Below are positions 20,712-29,857 of a DNA stretch of 64,000 nucleotides, piece by piece. The DNA is taken from contig CAZNPH010000008.1 of the NCBI GenBank assembly GCA_964574985.1, positions 13-64,012 of the forward strand, read 5' to 3'. Source of the DNA: an uncultured Bacteroidaceae bacterium. Lineage in GTDB: Bacteria; Bacteroidota; Bacteroidia; Bacteroidales; SM23-62. Numbering within the stretch: position 1 is the first letter of the stretch; the number at the start of each line of letters is the position of its first letter. A program made the position numbers and the translations under genes. The notes under the pieces are model-generated. The model ran no database searches and was not told where the DNA came from. It was given only the letters and a program-made list of their open reading frames with translations.

Positions 20712-22049
20712 TTAAGGCCTTACCGGTGTCCCGTCTTTCTTTCTCAGCTGGGTCCAGTTGTTCAACTGCACATCCGGCAAAGGATATCTGGCCGCTTCTT
20801 TTTCATTCACATCCACCCCGAGTCCGGGTACCTCATTGACATACATATACCCCTTTTTCATAACCGGGGCACCGGGGAAGATCTCCCGCAAACGGTCGGA
20901 AAATTCAACCCGTTCCTGAATTCCGAAATTCCATACGGCCAGGTCAATGTGTGCATTGGCTGCATGGCCCACAGGGGAAACGTCACCCGGGCCGTGCCAG
21001 GCGGTCCTGATGTTGAACCATTCCCCGAGCCGGGCGACTTTCATGGCAGGGGTGATCCCGCCGATCTGTGAGATATGGATCCGTATAAAATCGAACATAC
21101 GGTTACTCATCGGTTCCACCCACTCATGAGGATTGTTGAAGAGCTCACCCATGGCAATGGGTACATGGGTATGTTCCCGCAAAAGCTTGAAATAGCCGTT
21201 GTTTTCAGGGGAAAACGGGTCCTCAATGAAAAAAGGCCTGTATGGTTCCAGATCCCTGATCATGTCAATGGCTTCCGTGGGCTGTATGCGTTCATGAATG
21301 TCATGCAGCAGTTCGATGTCCTCACCGCATTGTTCCCGGATGTGTTCAAACATTCTGACCGTATTGGTAATATAGGTGTGCGGATTGATCAGATTGTCGT
21401 TCTCATAACCGAATCCTGCTTTTCTGAAATCCGGTTCCCCGGCCAGTGCAGAGGAACCGTATCCACCGAGCTGTATCCTGACATGCCGGTATCCTTCCTC
21501 CATATAGCCTTTGACCCGGTCGGTCACTTCCTCCAGGGAATCAGCTCCCGCATGGGCATATGTATCCACGGCAAAACGGCATTTCCCGCCAAGCAGCTGA
21601 TACACGGGCATATTGGCCCGTTTTCCCTTGATGTCCCACAAAGCCTGATCGAGTCCGCTCAGTGCATTGTTCAGTACCGGCCCGTTCCGCCAGTATGAAT
21701 TCTGATAGGTGATCTGCCAGTTGTCCTCGATGTTGTCCGCGATTTTTCCCTTGCAAAAAGGCCCAAGGTACTTGTTCACTGCCGGAACCACCGCATGTGC
21801 CCTTTGCCTGAAGGTCGCACATCCGAGTCCGTATAACCCCGGTTCACTGGTTTCCACCTTGACCACAACCAGTTCAATGCCATGGGGGCAGGTGGCAATG
21901 GCTTTCACGTTGTTGATTTTCAGGGGAGGCATCCCCCGGGTGGCTTCCTGGTAACGTTGTGCATGAGCCTGCCCGGGAAAACCGATGGTGCCCAGACTTC
22001 CGCCGGCGGCGCCCAGGCCCAGAAATTTCAATGCTTGTCTTCGTTTCAT
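20712..22049 (-). CDS. Enolase-superfamily enzyme (mandelate racemase/muconate lactonizing family, ManD/RspA-like) with TAT-type signal
   Basis: 445-aa ORF. N-terminus MKRRQALKFLGLGAAGGSLG. Segments YWRNGPVLNNALSGLDQALWDIKGK, PVYQLLGGK and LHDIHERI resemble the D-mannonate dehydratase subgroup. Confidence 0.75.
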   Translation of the reverse strand: MKRRQALKFLGLGAAGGSLGTIGFPGQAHAQRYQEATRGMPPLKINNVKAIATCPHGIELVVVKVETSEPGLYGLGCATFRQRAHAVVPAVNKYLGPFCKGKIADNIEDNWQITYQNSYWRNGPVLNNALSGLDQALWDIKGKRANMPVYQLLGGKCRFAVDTYAHAGADSLEEVTDRVKGYMEEGYRHVRIQLGGYGSSALAGEPDFRKAGFGYENDNLINPHTYITNTVRMFEHIREQCGEDIELLHDIHERIQPTEAIDMIRDLEPYRPFFIEDPFSPENNGYFKLLREHTHVPIAMGELFNNPHEWVEPMSNRMFDFIRIHISQIGGITPAMKVARLGEWFNIRTAWHGPGDVSPVGHAANAHIDLAVWNFGIQERVEFSDRLREIFPGAPVMKKGYMYVNEVPGLGVDVNEKEAARYPLPDVQLNNWTQLRKKDGTPVRP

Positions 22050-22172
22050 GGGTTTTGATTTTGGCTTTGGTTTTTGTTTGACATTATGTTTTCATATATC
22101 AAATCCCAATTTAGTTTAAAAACCACAATCAAAAAAGCCAAGTCAAAAATTCAGGCGGCATTGGGAAATTCA

Positions 22173-24554
22173 CTACTCAATGAAATTGCCTATTTTCAGC
22201 CCGATATATAGCGTACGGGGCGTCAGCGGGCCGTATATATAGCCGGGATCCCTGTCGATCCCCCGGTCAAAGTCATCCTGATAGGCATTGAAAATGTTTT
22301 TCATCCCCGCGAAAAGCTGCAATGTCGCTCCGTTCAGTTTGACATTGCGGTTGATCTTCAGGCCCAGATCAAAAAAATCATCAGATCTACGCAATTCCCC
22401 TTCACTGGGATCGGGGATTTGAAGGCCGAAATAGGGAATAAGCATTGGCCCCGTGTAACTGCCAGATGCCGAAATAATCCAGTTTCCGGAGAGTTCCCAG
22501 TCCATGGCGAAATAACCATAACGGCCGGGTGTCCGGAAAAAGCTCTTTTCGCCGAATTCCCGGGGTTCTTCATATGTACTTTTCTGGACGGTAAAGCCGC
22601 CTCTGAATGAGACCGCATTGACCGGCACCAGGTTCATTTCCATATTGAATCCCCGGACCCGTGCTCCCTCTTCTGCATTGACACGGGTATAGACCACTCT
22701 TCCTTTTTCATCAGGATCACTGAATTCATTGGCAAATGGTTGATTCAATTGCGTAAAGAACCCCTCCACCAGCAATCCGAGATATCGCGTGTTGATTTGT
22801 TTGTTGAAATCAAGTGATACCATATAACTATGGCTCCTTTCCGCTTCCAGGCCGGGATCATTTTCATGAAATACCTGCCTTGAACCGGATGTTTCAATAT
22901 GGAGGTCCTCATCAAAGATCTGGGGTGCACGGTATCCCTGCGAATAGCTCACGCGGGCCTGCAGATAATTTTCCATATCGTATTTCAACGTAAATCTGGG
23001 CGTCAATACACTTCCTGATTTGTCCGAACCTTCCTGCCGACGGTCCGTGATCCGGTAATTCTCGAATCTTGCACCTGCAGAAACAGAGAATTTATTCCAA
23101 TCTGCTTCATACTGCGCAAAAACACCCAGTCTGTTTGTTTTCTGATCGGCAATGATTACATTATCCGTATGGGGTATGATGATGCTGGTATCCGTAAAAT
23201 CAACGCCTGCATTCTCCAGGTCAGGATACCCGAGTTTCCGGTCTGTCAACAGGGACCCCGAATTTTCTATGCCTGCAATGAGTTCCGATATCCTGAATTT
23301 TGCGCTGTATTGTGCACCGGTGGTAAAGGAAAAATCCCGCGTGTTCCCGTAATCACTCAGGGATTGCCCGGCCCCGTAGTATGAATCCCTGTTTACTCTT
23401 TGCCCGGAAGCATAGACCGACAACATATCCACTTCCCTGAAAAACTGTTCATACGTCAGTGCCACGCTGTTAATACAGTGGTCAAGGGCCTCCGCGATTC
23501 CGGCTTCATGCACCACAACATCATGCCGGTCACCGCCGCGCCTCTCTTCCCGGATATGAAAGAAGTCCGCCGTCAACTTGCTTCTGGTTTGAAAACGGTG
23601 ATAAATACGGGCACCGACCGTGGTATTGTTTATTGAAGCAATTTCAGAAAAACCGTCATCATTTGCATCAAAAGGATTCCTGTTGCGGTGAAAACCATAC
23701 AAAGCCATTCCGGTTTTATTGCAGGCCGAAATGGTGGAAGTATTGAAGTGAATGTTGCAATCTTCGGCCGGATCTCCCGAATCATCCATGCCCGCACCGG
23801 TTATCCGGGCATCTGCCCCGAATTCATATGAATTGTTGATCGGGTCTTTCAGGATCAGATTTATGGTGCCCGCGATGGCGTTGCTCCCGTATAATGCCGA
23901 GCCTCCGCCACGGATCACTTCCACCCGTTCGATCATATTGGAAGGGATCAGTTCCAGTCCGTATACACCTGCAAGACCGCTGAATACCGGCCGGCTGTTG
24001 ATCAGGATCTGGGAATAGGGACCTTCCATGCCGTTTATCCGTACCTGGGTAAAACCGCAATTCTGACAATTGTTTTCCAATCTTAAACCCGGACAAAAAT
24101 TAATGCCTTCCCCCAGGCTCGCCGATTGTGTCCTGGAAAAAAGCCTGGGCGAAATTGTGCTTACAATGGTGGAGGATTCCTGCCGGTCCCTGGCATTCCT
24201 GTCTGCGGTTATCATCACTTCTTTTATTCCCAGCACATCTTTCTCCAGTTCGAAATTCACTTCCCTGGTTTCTCCGGCATGTATTTTTATTACAGCTTCT
24301 TCCGGCTTGTAGCCCAATGCACGGGCGATGATCACCATGCTGTCTTCCGGCAAATGAAACAACTGGTAATGTCCCGTTTCATTGGTCGTTGTTCCAATGG
24401 TCGTCCCTTTGATGTATACCGAAGCAAAAGGAATATGTTCACCGAAACAGATGACGTGCCCGATGACATTTGCATCTGTTTTTTCTTTCTGCGCAAAACC
24501 CGCGAAAGTCAAAAACATACATAACCCTGTCAGATAAATATTTGATTTCCTCAT
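22173..24554 (-). CDS. TonB-dependent receptor with N-terminal carboxypeptidase-regulatory-like domain
   Basis: The track start at 24563 is a TTG. The ATG at 24554 gives MRKSNIYLTGLCMFLTFAGFAQ (signal peptide). CarboxypepD_reg-like stretch VYIKGTTIGTTTNETGHYQL. Plug motifs IERVEVIRGGGSALYGSNAIAGTINL and an unusual NCQNCG. A long beta-barrel follows. Confidence 0.85.
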   Translation of the reverse strand: MRKSNIYLTGLCMFLTFAGFAQKEKTDANVIGHVICFGEHIPFASVYIKGTTIGTTTNETGHYQLFHLPEDSMVIIARALGYKPEEAVIKIHAGETREVNFELEKDVLGIKEVMITADRNARDRQESSTIVSTISPRLFSRTQSASLGEGINFCPGLRLENNCQNCGFTQVRINGMEGPYSQILINSRPVFSGLAGVYGLELIPSNMIERVEVIRGGGSALYGSNAIAGTINLILKDPINNSYEFGADARITGAGMDDSGDPAEDCNIHFNTSTISACNKTGMALYGFHRNRNPFDANDDGFSEIASINNTTVGARIYHRFQTRSKLTADFFHIREERRGGDRHDVVVHEAGIAEALDHCINSVALTYEQFFREVDMLSVYASGQRVNRDSYYGAGQSLSDYGNTRDFSFTTGAQYSAKFRISELIAGIENSGSLLTDRKLGYPDLENAGVDFTDTSIIIPHTDNVIIADQKTNRLGVFAQYEADWNKFSVSAGARFENYRITDRRQEGSDKSGSVLTPRFTLKYDMENYLQARVSYSQGYRAPQIFDEDLHIETSGSRQVFHENDPGLEAERSHSYMVSLDFNKQINTRYLGLLVEGFFTQLNQPFANEFSDPDEKGRVVYTRVNAEEGARVRGFNMEMNLVPVNAVSFRGGFTVQKSTYEEPREFGEKSFFRTPGRYGYFAMDWELSGNWIISASGSYTGPMLIPYFGLQIPDPSEGELRRSDDFFDLGLKINRNVKLNGATLQLFAGMKNIFNAYQDDFDRGIDRDPGYIYGPLTPRTLYIGLKIGNFIE

Positions 24555-24688
24555 GATATTCAAAACAATGTTTATTCAACGGATAAATGAATTTCACCTG
24601 AGCATTGCAGGCGCATGGAGAATGCACATATCATTGTCGGACCTGCGCGTTCTGCAAATAACAATCTTAAATATACCGGGAAATATAT

Positions 24689-25048
24689 TCAAAAGAGGGG
24701 AGGGGCCCTGCCATTATATGGAATGACACATGCAGGATTATAATAAGAAAGCGTAAAAAGCGGGTGTTTTGCCTTGTCAGGAAAGGTAAGGAGGACAAAT
24801 ACCAGTATGATAAAAAGATAGAGAACTTCCAGATTTTTAAGGAAAACCCATTCAGCTTTGGTATGATGGTGAGATTTGACGAGCCCCGGATCATCAACCT
24901 TGTTGTATGGGTGTGCGTGTGTTACATAGACCCCGTTATCCAATTTGTGGGTATGCATGAACATGGCCTGATTCACCAACAACATGCCCATGATCCCTAT
25001 CATCAGAAAAGCAGACGCTTTGGGTACTATCTTTCCTAAATGCTTCAT
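24689..25048 (-). CDS. Small His-rich membrane protein of unknown function
   Basis: 119-aa ORF with two predicted TM segments (AFLMIGIMGMLLV and VLYLFIILVFVLLTF). They flank HTHKLDNGVYVTHAHPYNKVDDPGLVKSHHH, which has 7 His in 31 residues. A perfect -7 box sits just upstream, and the gene lies directly upstream of the receptor on the same strand. Confidence 0.55.
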   Translation of the reverse strand: MKHLGKIVPKASAFLMIGIMGMLLVNQAMFMHTHKLDNGVYVTHAHPYNKVDDPGLVKSHHHTKAEWVFLKNLEVLYLFIILVFVLLTFPDKAKHPLFTLSYYNPACVIPYNGRAPPLF

Positions 25049-25056
25049 TCGTCAGG

Positions 25057-25064
25057 CAAAATTA
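25057..25064 (-). promoter_or_regulatory. Candidate -7 promoter box (TAATTTTG) for the small-protein/receptor transcription unit
   Basis: The minus strand reads TAATTTTG, 8 nt upstream of the ATG at 25048. No comparable box was seen in the 24555-24688 or 22050-22172 gaps. Confidence 0.4.
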
Positions 25065-25165
25065 GTAAAAATTGAATGGTTATACAACATCTGCAACAAT
25101 ATCGGATATCAACATTTGACACAATAAATCCAAACATTATCTTTAAGCTTTATAAACAATCTTCC

Positions 25166-26506
25166 ATGAGCAAAACAAGCAGGTTATTGATACGCAGTGC
25201 CTATGTTGCGGCACTGGGCGGCTTTCTTTTCGGATTCGACACAGCTGTTATTTCGGGAGCTGAGAAATTCATACAGGATTTATGGGATTTAAGCGGATTC
25301 TGGCACGGATTCACCGTTGCCACGGCATTGATCGGGACGGTAACCGGTGCTTTAACGGCCGGAAAACCTGCTGACAAGTTTGGGCGGAGAAGTGCACTTC
25401 TGGTAGTGGCTTCCCTGTATCTTATTTCTGCTTTGGGCAGCGCGTTCTCCAACCAGTGGGGCCTGTTCATGATGTATCGTTTTCTGGGAGGGCTCGGCGT
25501 AGGAGCATCTTCTGTAGTCGGCCCCATGTATATTGCAGAGATATCCCCTGCCGAAAAAAGAGGCAAACTGGTGGCCATGTTTCAACTCAACGTGGTGATT
25601 GGGATACTTATAGCTTATGTTTCCAATTACATCATTTCCCTGCTGGCAGAACAGTATGCCTGGCGGTGGATGTTCGGCGTGGAAGCCATCCCTGCCATTT
25701 TGTTTTTCGTATTACTATTCGACGTTCCTGCAACGCCGCGATGGCTGATCCTTCAACACAGACCGGACAAGGCCAGGGAAATCCTGAAACACTTGAATGT
25801 ATCCAATCTGGAAGAACAGGTCAGGATCATCGAAGAGTCCATATACTCTGAAAAGCATATACATTCTTCAAAACTTTTCACCAGGCAGCTTAAACATCCC
25901 ATCATGCTTGCCATTCTGGTGGCGTTCTTCAATCAGTTTTCCGGCATCAACGCACTCATGTACTATGCGCCCCGGATCTTTGAAGTTGCCGGTGCTGCCA
26001 GAATTTCATCATTGCTGATGTCGGTATCCATCGGATTCACCAATATGGTATTTACCATCATAGCCATCAACATCATCGATCAGTTCGGACGCAAAAAAAT
26101 GCTGCTGGTCGGTGCGGCCGGACTGACCGTAACGCTTATGATCGTGACCTGGGGGTTTTTGATTGCTTCACAAGCGGGTGTTATCATTCTGATCAGTTTA
26201 ATCGGATATCAGGCTTTTTTCGCCCTTTCCCAGGGGACGGTTATCTGGGTGTATATCTCAGAGATCTTCCCCAGCCGGGTTCGCGCAAAAGGACAGGCAC
26301 TGGGCAGTTTTACCCACTGGGGCGGAGCCGCCATTGTTTCATGGATATTCCCGGTTTTTGCCAGGATAGGGAATACCGCTTCAACCGGTTATGCTTTCCT
26401 GTTTTTTACAGTGGTCATGGCAATTCAGTTTGTAGTGGTATATAAGTTTTTCCCGGAAACCAAAGGCAAATCACTTGAACAGATACAGGATGACTTCGGA
26501 TTGTAA
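25166..26506 (+). CDS. MFS sugar porter (sugar:H+ symporter, XylE/GalP-like)
   Basis: The ATG at 25166 (MSKTSRLL) is preferred over the track start at 25076. Sugar-porter signatures GGFLFGFDTAVISGA, DKFGRRSAL, PATPRWL and PETKGKSLEQI. Confidence 0.9.
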   Translation: MSKTSRLLIRSAYVAALGGFLFGFDTAVISGAEKFIQDLWDLSGFWHGFTVATALIGTVTGALTAGKPADKFGRRSALLVVASLYLISALGSAFSNQWGLFMMYRFLGGLGVGASSVVGPMYIAEISPAEKRGKLVAMFQLNVVIGILIAYVSNYIISLLAEQYAWRWMFGVEAIPAILFFVLLFDVPATPRWLILQHRPDKAREILKHLNVSNLEEQVRIIEESIYSEKHIHSSKLFTRQLKHPIMLAILVAFFNQFSGINALMYYAPRIFEVAGAARISSLLMSVSIGFTNMVFTIIAINIIDQFGRKKMLLVGAAGLTVTLMIVTWGFLIASQAGVIILISLIGYQAFFALSQGTVIWVYISEIFPSRVRAKGQALGSFTHWGGAAIVSWIFPVFARIGNTASTGYAFLFFTVVMAIQFVVVYKFFPETKGKSLEQIQDDFGL

Positions 26507-26557
26507 ACCAGACATATCAGTTTCCCCTATGCATATGTAATCAATAATACTGCTGTC

Positions 26558-28219
26558 ATGAAACGAAGAGATTTCATCAAATCAGGCGCCGGAGCTTTCA
26601 GCACGGTCCTTTTGGGCAACGCTTCCTATAAATCTGCACAATGGCCTGATGACCGGTCCGGTCCCGGCGGGAACGGACTCGATTTTCATGTGAACCGTGA
26701 ATATCCGGGCCGGCGTGAGCCGAAGACCATGCTTTTCTGGGATTACTGGAAATTCCATGAAACAGACAACGCCGAATTGGCACAGGGAAAGCCCGAGTGG
26801 CGGCCGGAAGGGACATATATTGATCCATACACCAAAAATTCCGGATCGGGAAGGGTATTCTTCCACCAACCCTCCGGTAAATGGCGCAAGATATCCCTGG
26901 ATATCAATTACAGGAAAAAGATGGGAGGACATTTTTATGTAATGGAAAGCGAAGACGGGATCCGGTGGCAACCCGCTCCGTTTCCGGATATCATTCCCCA
27001 TGGCGGCAAAAAGGCTCCCCATCATGTGTACACCGTTCCCGGCGAAGGCCCCTGCTTTGGCTGGCTCTACCTGGATCCGGTGGCAGCGGACGGATACCCA
27101 TACAAAGTCCCCGTCATCGAGAAGATGCAGCGTGTGTATGACCGGGCCAAAGCCGACAAGAACCACCGCTGGCACCATCTGACAAAAAAATTCTCCGGTC
27201 CGCGCAACCACATGAGCGACTACATCGTGTATGTGTCCAAAGACGGACTGCACTGGGAAACAAAAACCGAATACGACTGGTGTCAGGGAAAATTTTTTCC
27301 CGAGGAACCGCATTTCATGTTTTTTAATCATTTGTCCGGACGGCACACCCTGGTGGCCCGTCCTGGCCTCGGGGACCGCAGGGCTTTGATCACCAGCACA
27401 AAAGACTTCAGGGAATGGTCAGAACCCAGGATTGTCCTGCAGCCGGATCTTCTTGACCGCAAGATCCTGGAGTTCTATACCATGCCGGTATTTCCCTATG
27501 GTTCCTGTTTTGTCGGACTTGCATGGGCATCCCATTTTTCCAGTTCCGAGGGGCCGGACTTTATGGTACTTCACAAAGGGCCACAGAATCCGCAACTGGT
27601 CTGGAGTCCGGACGGCGAATATTTTGTCCGTCCCACCAGGGAATCCTTCATTGAATTCAATCCCCCGGGCAAACCGGGCTGCAATTCGATACGACCGGAA
27701 GGGATGGTGGTCCTGGAAGACGAAATACGTATATATTCCCAGGGCGGACTGTCGGCACACGGGACACCTGTTCCGGAAAGCATGCAGCCGTCATCCAGCG
27801 GAATGTTGCTTCATACGCTCCGCCGGGACGGATTCATGTATTTCCGTTCAAAAGGGTACAAGGCATCACTGACCACCCGCCCGTTCATCATTTTTAACTG
27901 TGATATCACCATGAACGCGGAAGCAGTAACAGGAGAGGTACTTGTTGAAATACGCGACGACAAAAACAAGCCCATCGAAGGATATACCTTCGATGAATTC
28001 ATTCCCCTGAAGTTCTCTGACAGCCTGAAGCATCCATTGCAGTGGAGGAACCGCAGGAACCTGAACGAGCTGATTAATAAACCGATTCGTTTCTCCATAA
28101 AATTCTATAATGCCCGGATTTATTCATTTACCGGAGATTATCATTTCACCGATGCCCATGATGCCCGCCGTCTGAGGGACGGGCTTCCGGTTGATGATAC
28201 CAGCCGTTTCGGGAGTTGA
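26558..28219 (+). CDS. Secreted (TAT-type signal) protein of unknown function, possibly a beta-propeller glycosidase-like fold
   Basis: 553-aa ORF. N-terminus MKRRDFIKSGAGAFSTVLLG. Recurrent SxDGxxW-type blade-like motifs (SEDGIRWQ, SKDGLHWE, SPDGEYF, RRDGFMYF). No family recognised with confidence. Confidence 0.45.
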   Translation: MKRRDFIKSGAGAFSTVLLGNASYKSAQWPDDRSGPGGNGLDFHVNREYPGRREPKTMLFWDYWKFHETDNAELAQGKPEWRPEGTYIDPYTKNSGSGRVFFHQPSGKWRKISLDINYRKKMGGHFYVMESEDGIRWQPAPFPDIIPHGGKKAPHHVYTVPGEGPCFGWLYLDPVAADGYPYKVPVIEKMQRVYDRAKADKNHRWHHLTKKFSGPRNHMSDYIVYVSKDGLHWETKTEYDWCQGKFFPEEPHFMFFNHLSGRHTLVARPGLGDRRALITSTKDFREWSEPRIVLQPDLLDRKILEFYTMPVFPYGSCFVGLAWASHFSSSEGPDFMVLHKGPQNPQLVWSPDGEYFVRPTRESFIEFNPPGKPGCNSIRPEGMVVLEDEIRIYSQGGLSAHGTPVPESMQPSSSGMLLHTLRRDGFMYFRSKGYKASLTTRPFIIFNCDITMNAEAVTGEVLVEIRDDKNKPIEGYTFDEFIPLKFSDSLKHPLQWRNRRNLNELINKPIRFSIKFYNARIYSFTGDYHFTDAHDARRLRDGLPVDDTSRFGS

Positions 28220-28322
28220 CATCTTATATATCAGAATTTCTGATGAATAAGAATACAAAAGGTGTTTAAATATCAGGAAAATATCTTATTTTAATACCAT
28301 TGGCAAATCAACAGGAATTATC

Positions 28323-29696
28323 ATGCATTTCAACAGAAACAAACGGCCCGGAAAACCCATCCAGAGAAGGATTTTTATTCAGCAGATCATTACTGCTGCA
28401 GGAGGAATGTTCATTTACGGATGCAGGGGAAAACAGAAAAAATCCCTGCCCAACATTGTTTTGATCATATCGGATGACCAGTTCTGGCATGACTACGGAT
28501 TCACGGGGCATCCGGTCATTGAAACACCCAATCTGGACAAACTGGCCTCCGAAAGCATGGTATATACACGGGGTTATGTAACAGCTCCGCTTTGCGGTCC
28601 TTCCCTGGCATCCGTCATTACCGGATTGTATCCCCATCAGCATGGTTATACCAGCAATGATCCTCCCTGTGATAATGAGAGCAGCCGGTATTACCCGCCG
28701 GAATGGACAGAAGAACGCCGCCGGATGAGAAAACAGATGATCTCCAACGTGGTGGACAGGTTCCCGACCGTCCCGGAAAAACTCGGCAAACTGAACTACA
28801 TGAGTCTGCAAACAGGCAAATGGTGGCTGGGCAGCTACCGCCGGGGCGGCTTTACCCAAGGGATGACCCATGGAGATATGGACCGGGGTGCCAGGCACGG
28901 GGACGAGGGACTGGATATCGGCCGCAAAACCATGAAACCCATCTATAATTTCGTTGAACAGGCCGGTAATCAACCTTTTTTTATCTGGTATGCTCCTTTT
29001 CTGCCTCACAGACCGCACAATCCCCCCGGGCGTTTATTGAACAAATACAGAAAAAAAACAAATTCCCTTCACATCGCGAAATACCGGGCCAATTGCGAAT
29101 GGTTCGATGAAACCTGCGGAACTCTTCTAAATCATCTGGATCAAAAGGGACTAACAGACAATACGATGATATTGTACGTCTGCGACAATGGCTGGATCCA
29201 GAATCCGGATAGCCATGATTTCGCTGAAAGGTCCAAAAGAACGCCCTATGAAGGAGGTGTCCGGACGCCCATCATGGTGAAATGGCCCGGGCATACCACA
29301 CCGGTATTGGATCAAACCACACTGGTAAGCAGCATTGATCTTGCTCCCACCATATTGAAAGCTTGCGGACTGGACAAAACAGACCGCATGCAGGGGGCCG
29401 ACCTGTTGGATAAAAAAGCCCTTGAAAAACGGCAGGCCGTTTTTGGCGCAGCCTATACCCACGATGCCGTAGATATTGACAACCCCTTATCCAGCCTTAA
29501 ATATACATGGGCAATTGAAGGTGAATGGAAGCTGATAATGCCTTCCGGCAGAAATGATACGGGCAGCGAACCCGAATTATACCATGTCATGGAAGATCCG
29601 GAAGAAACCAGAAACCTGGCCGGTTCAAAACCGGAAAAGGTGAAGCATATGAAAGAACTGATCCGGGGCTGGTGGAAGGAAGCAGTTCCTGAATGA
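28323..29696 (+). CDS. Sulfatase-family (alkaline-phosphatase superfamily) protein with a non-canonical active-site motif
   Basis: 457-aa ORF. N-terminus IQRRIFIQQIITAAGGMFIYGC (RR motif plus lipobox-like Cys). Sulfatase blocks IVLIISDDQ, TAPLCGPSLASVITGLYPHQHG and GGVRTPIMVKWPG. The motif reads C-G-P-S-L where sulfatases have C/S-x-P-x-R. Confidence 0.8.
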   Translation: MHFNRNKRPGKPIQRRIFIQQIITAAGGMFIYGCRGKQKKSLPNIVLIISDDQFWHDYGFTGHPVIETPNLDKLASESMVYTRGYVTAPLCGPSLASVITGLYPHQHGYTSNDPPCDNESSRYYPPEWTEERRRMRKQMISNVVDRFPTVPEKLGKLNYMSLQTGKWWLGSYRRGGFTQGMTHGDMDRGARHGDEGLDIGRKTMKPIYNFVEQAGNQPFFIWYAPFLPHRPHNPPGRLLNKYRKKTNSLHIAKYRANCEWFDETCGTLLNHLDQKGLTDNTMILYVCDNGWIQNPDSHDFAERSKRTPYEGGVRTPIMVKWPGHTTPVLDQTTLVSSIDLAPTILKACGLDKTDRMQGADLLDKKALEKRQAVFGAAYTHDAVDIDNPLSSLKYTWAIEGEWKLIMPSGRNDTGSEPELYHVMEDPEETRNLAGSKPEKVKHMKELIRGWWKEAVPE

Positions 29697-29821
29697 TAAT
29701 GATATCGGTTTTTATAAAGAATAGTGCCAACTTCAACAATTAAGCATCGTTACTTCGTGTACTTTTTTATTTCTTTCAGTACCTTACAGAAACAAATTTC
29801 TGACGAAAGCAGCGGAAATAT

Positions 29822-29846
29822 AAAACCGCACCTGCGGTGCGGTTTT
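29822..29846. terminator. Bidirectional rho-independent terminator hairpin
   Basis: AAAACCGCAC-ctgcg-GTGCGGTTTT forms a 10-bp perfect stem with a 5-nt loop and has T-runs on both strands. It lies downstream of both the sulfatase (+) and tRNA-Ser (-). Confidence 0.75.
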
Positions 29847-29857
29847 ATTATGGTTTG

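Noticed and set aside
28230-28244. 15-bp perfect palindrome ATCAGAA-T-TTCTGAT just after the 553-aa gene and upstream of the sulfatase.
   Set aside because: It is short and AT-rich with no U-tail, so it is not a convincing terminator. A single occurrence cannot be distinguished from chance without comparative data.
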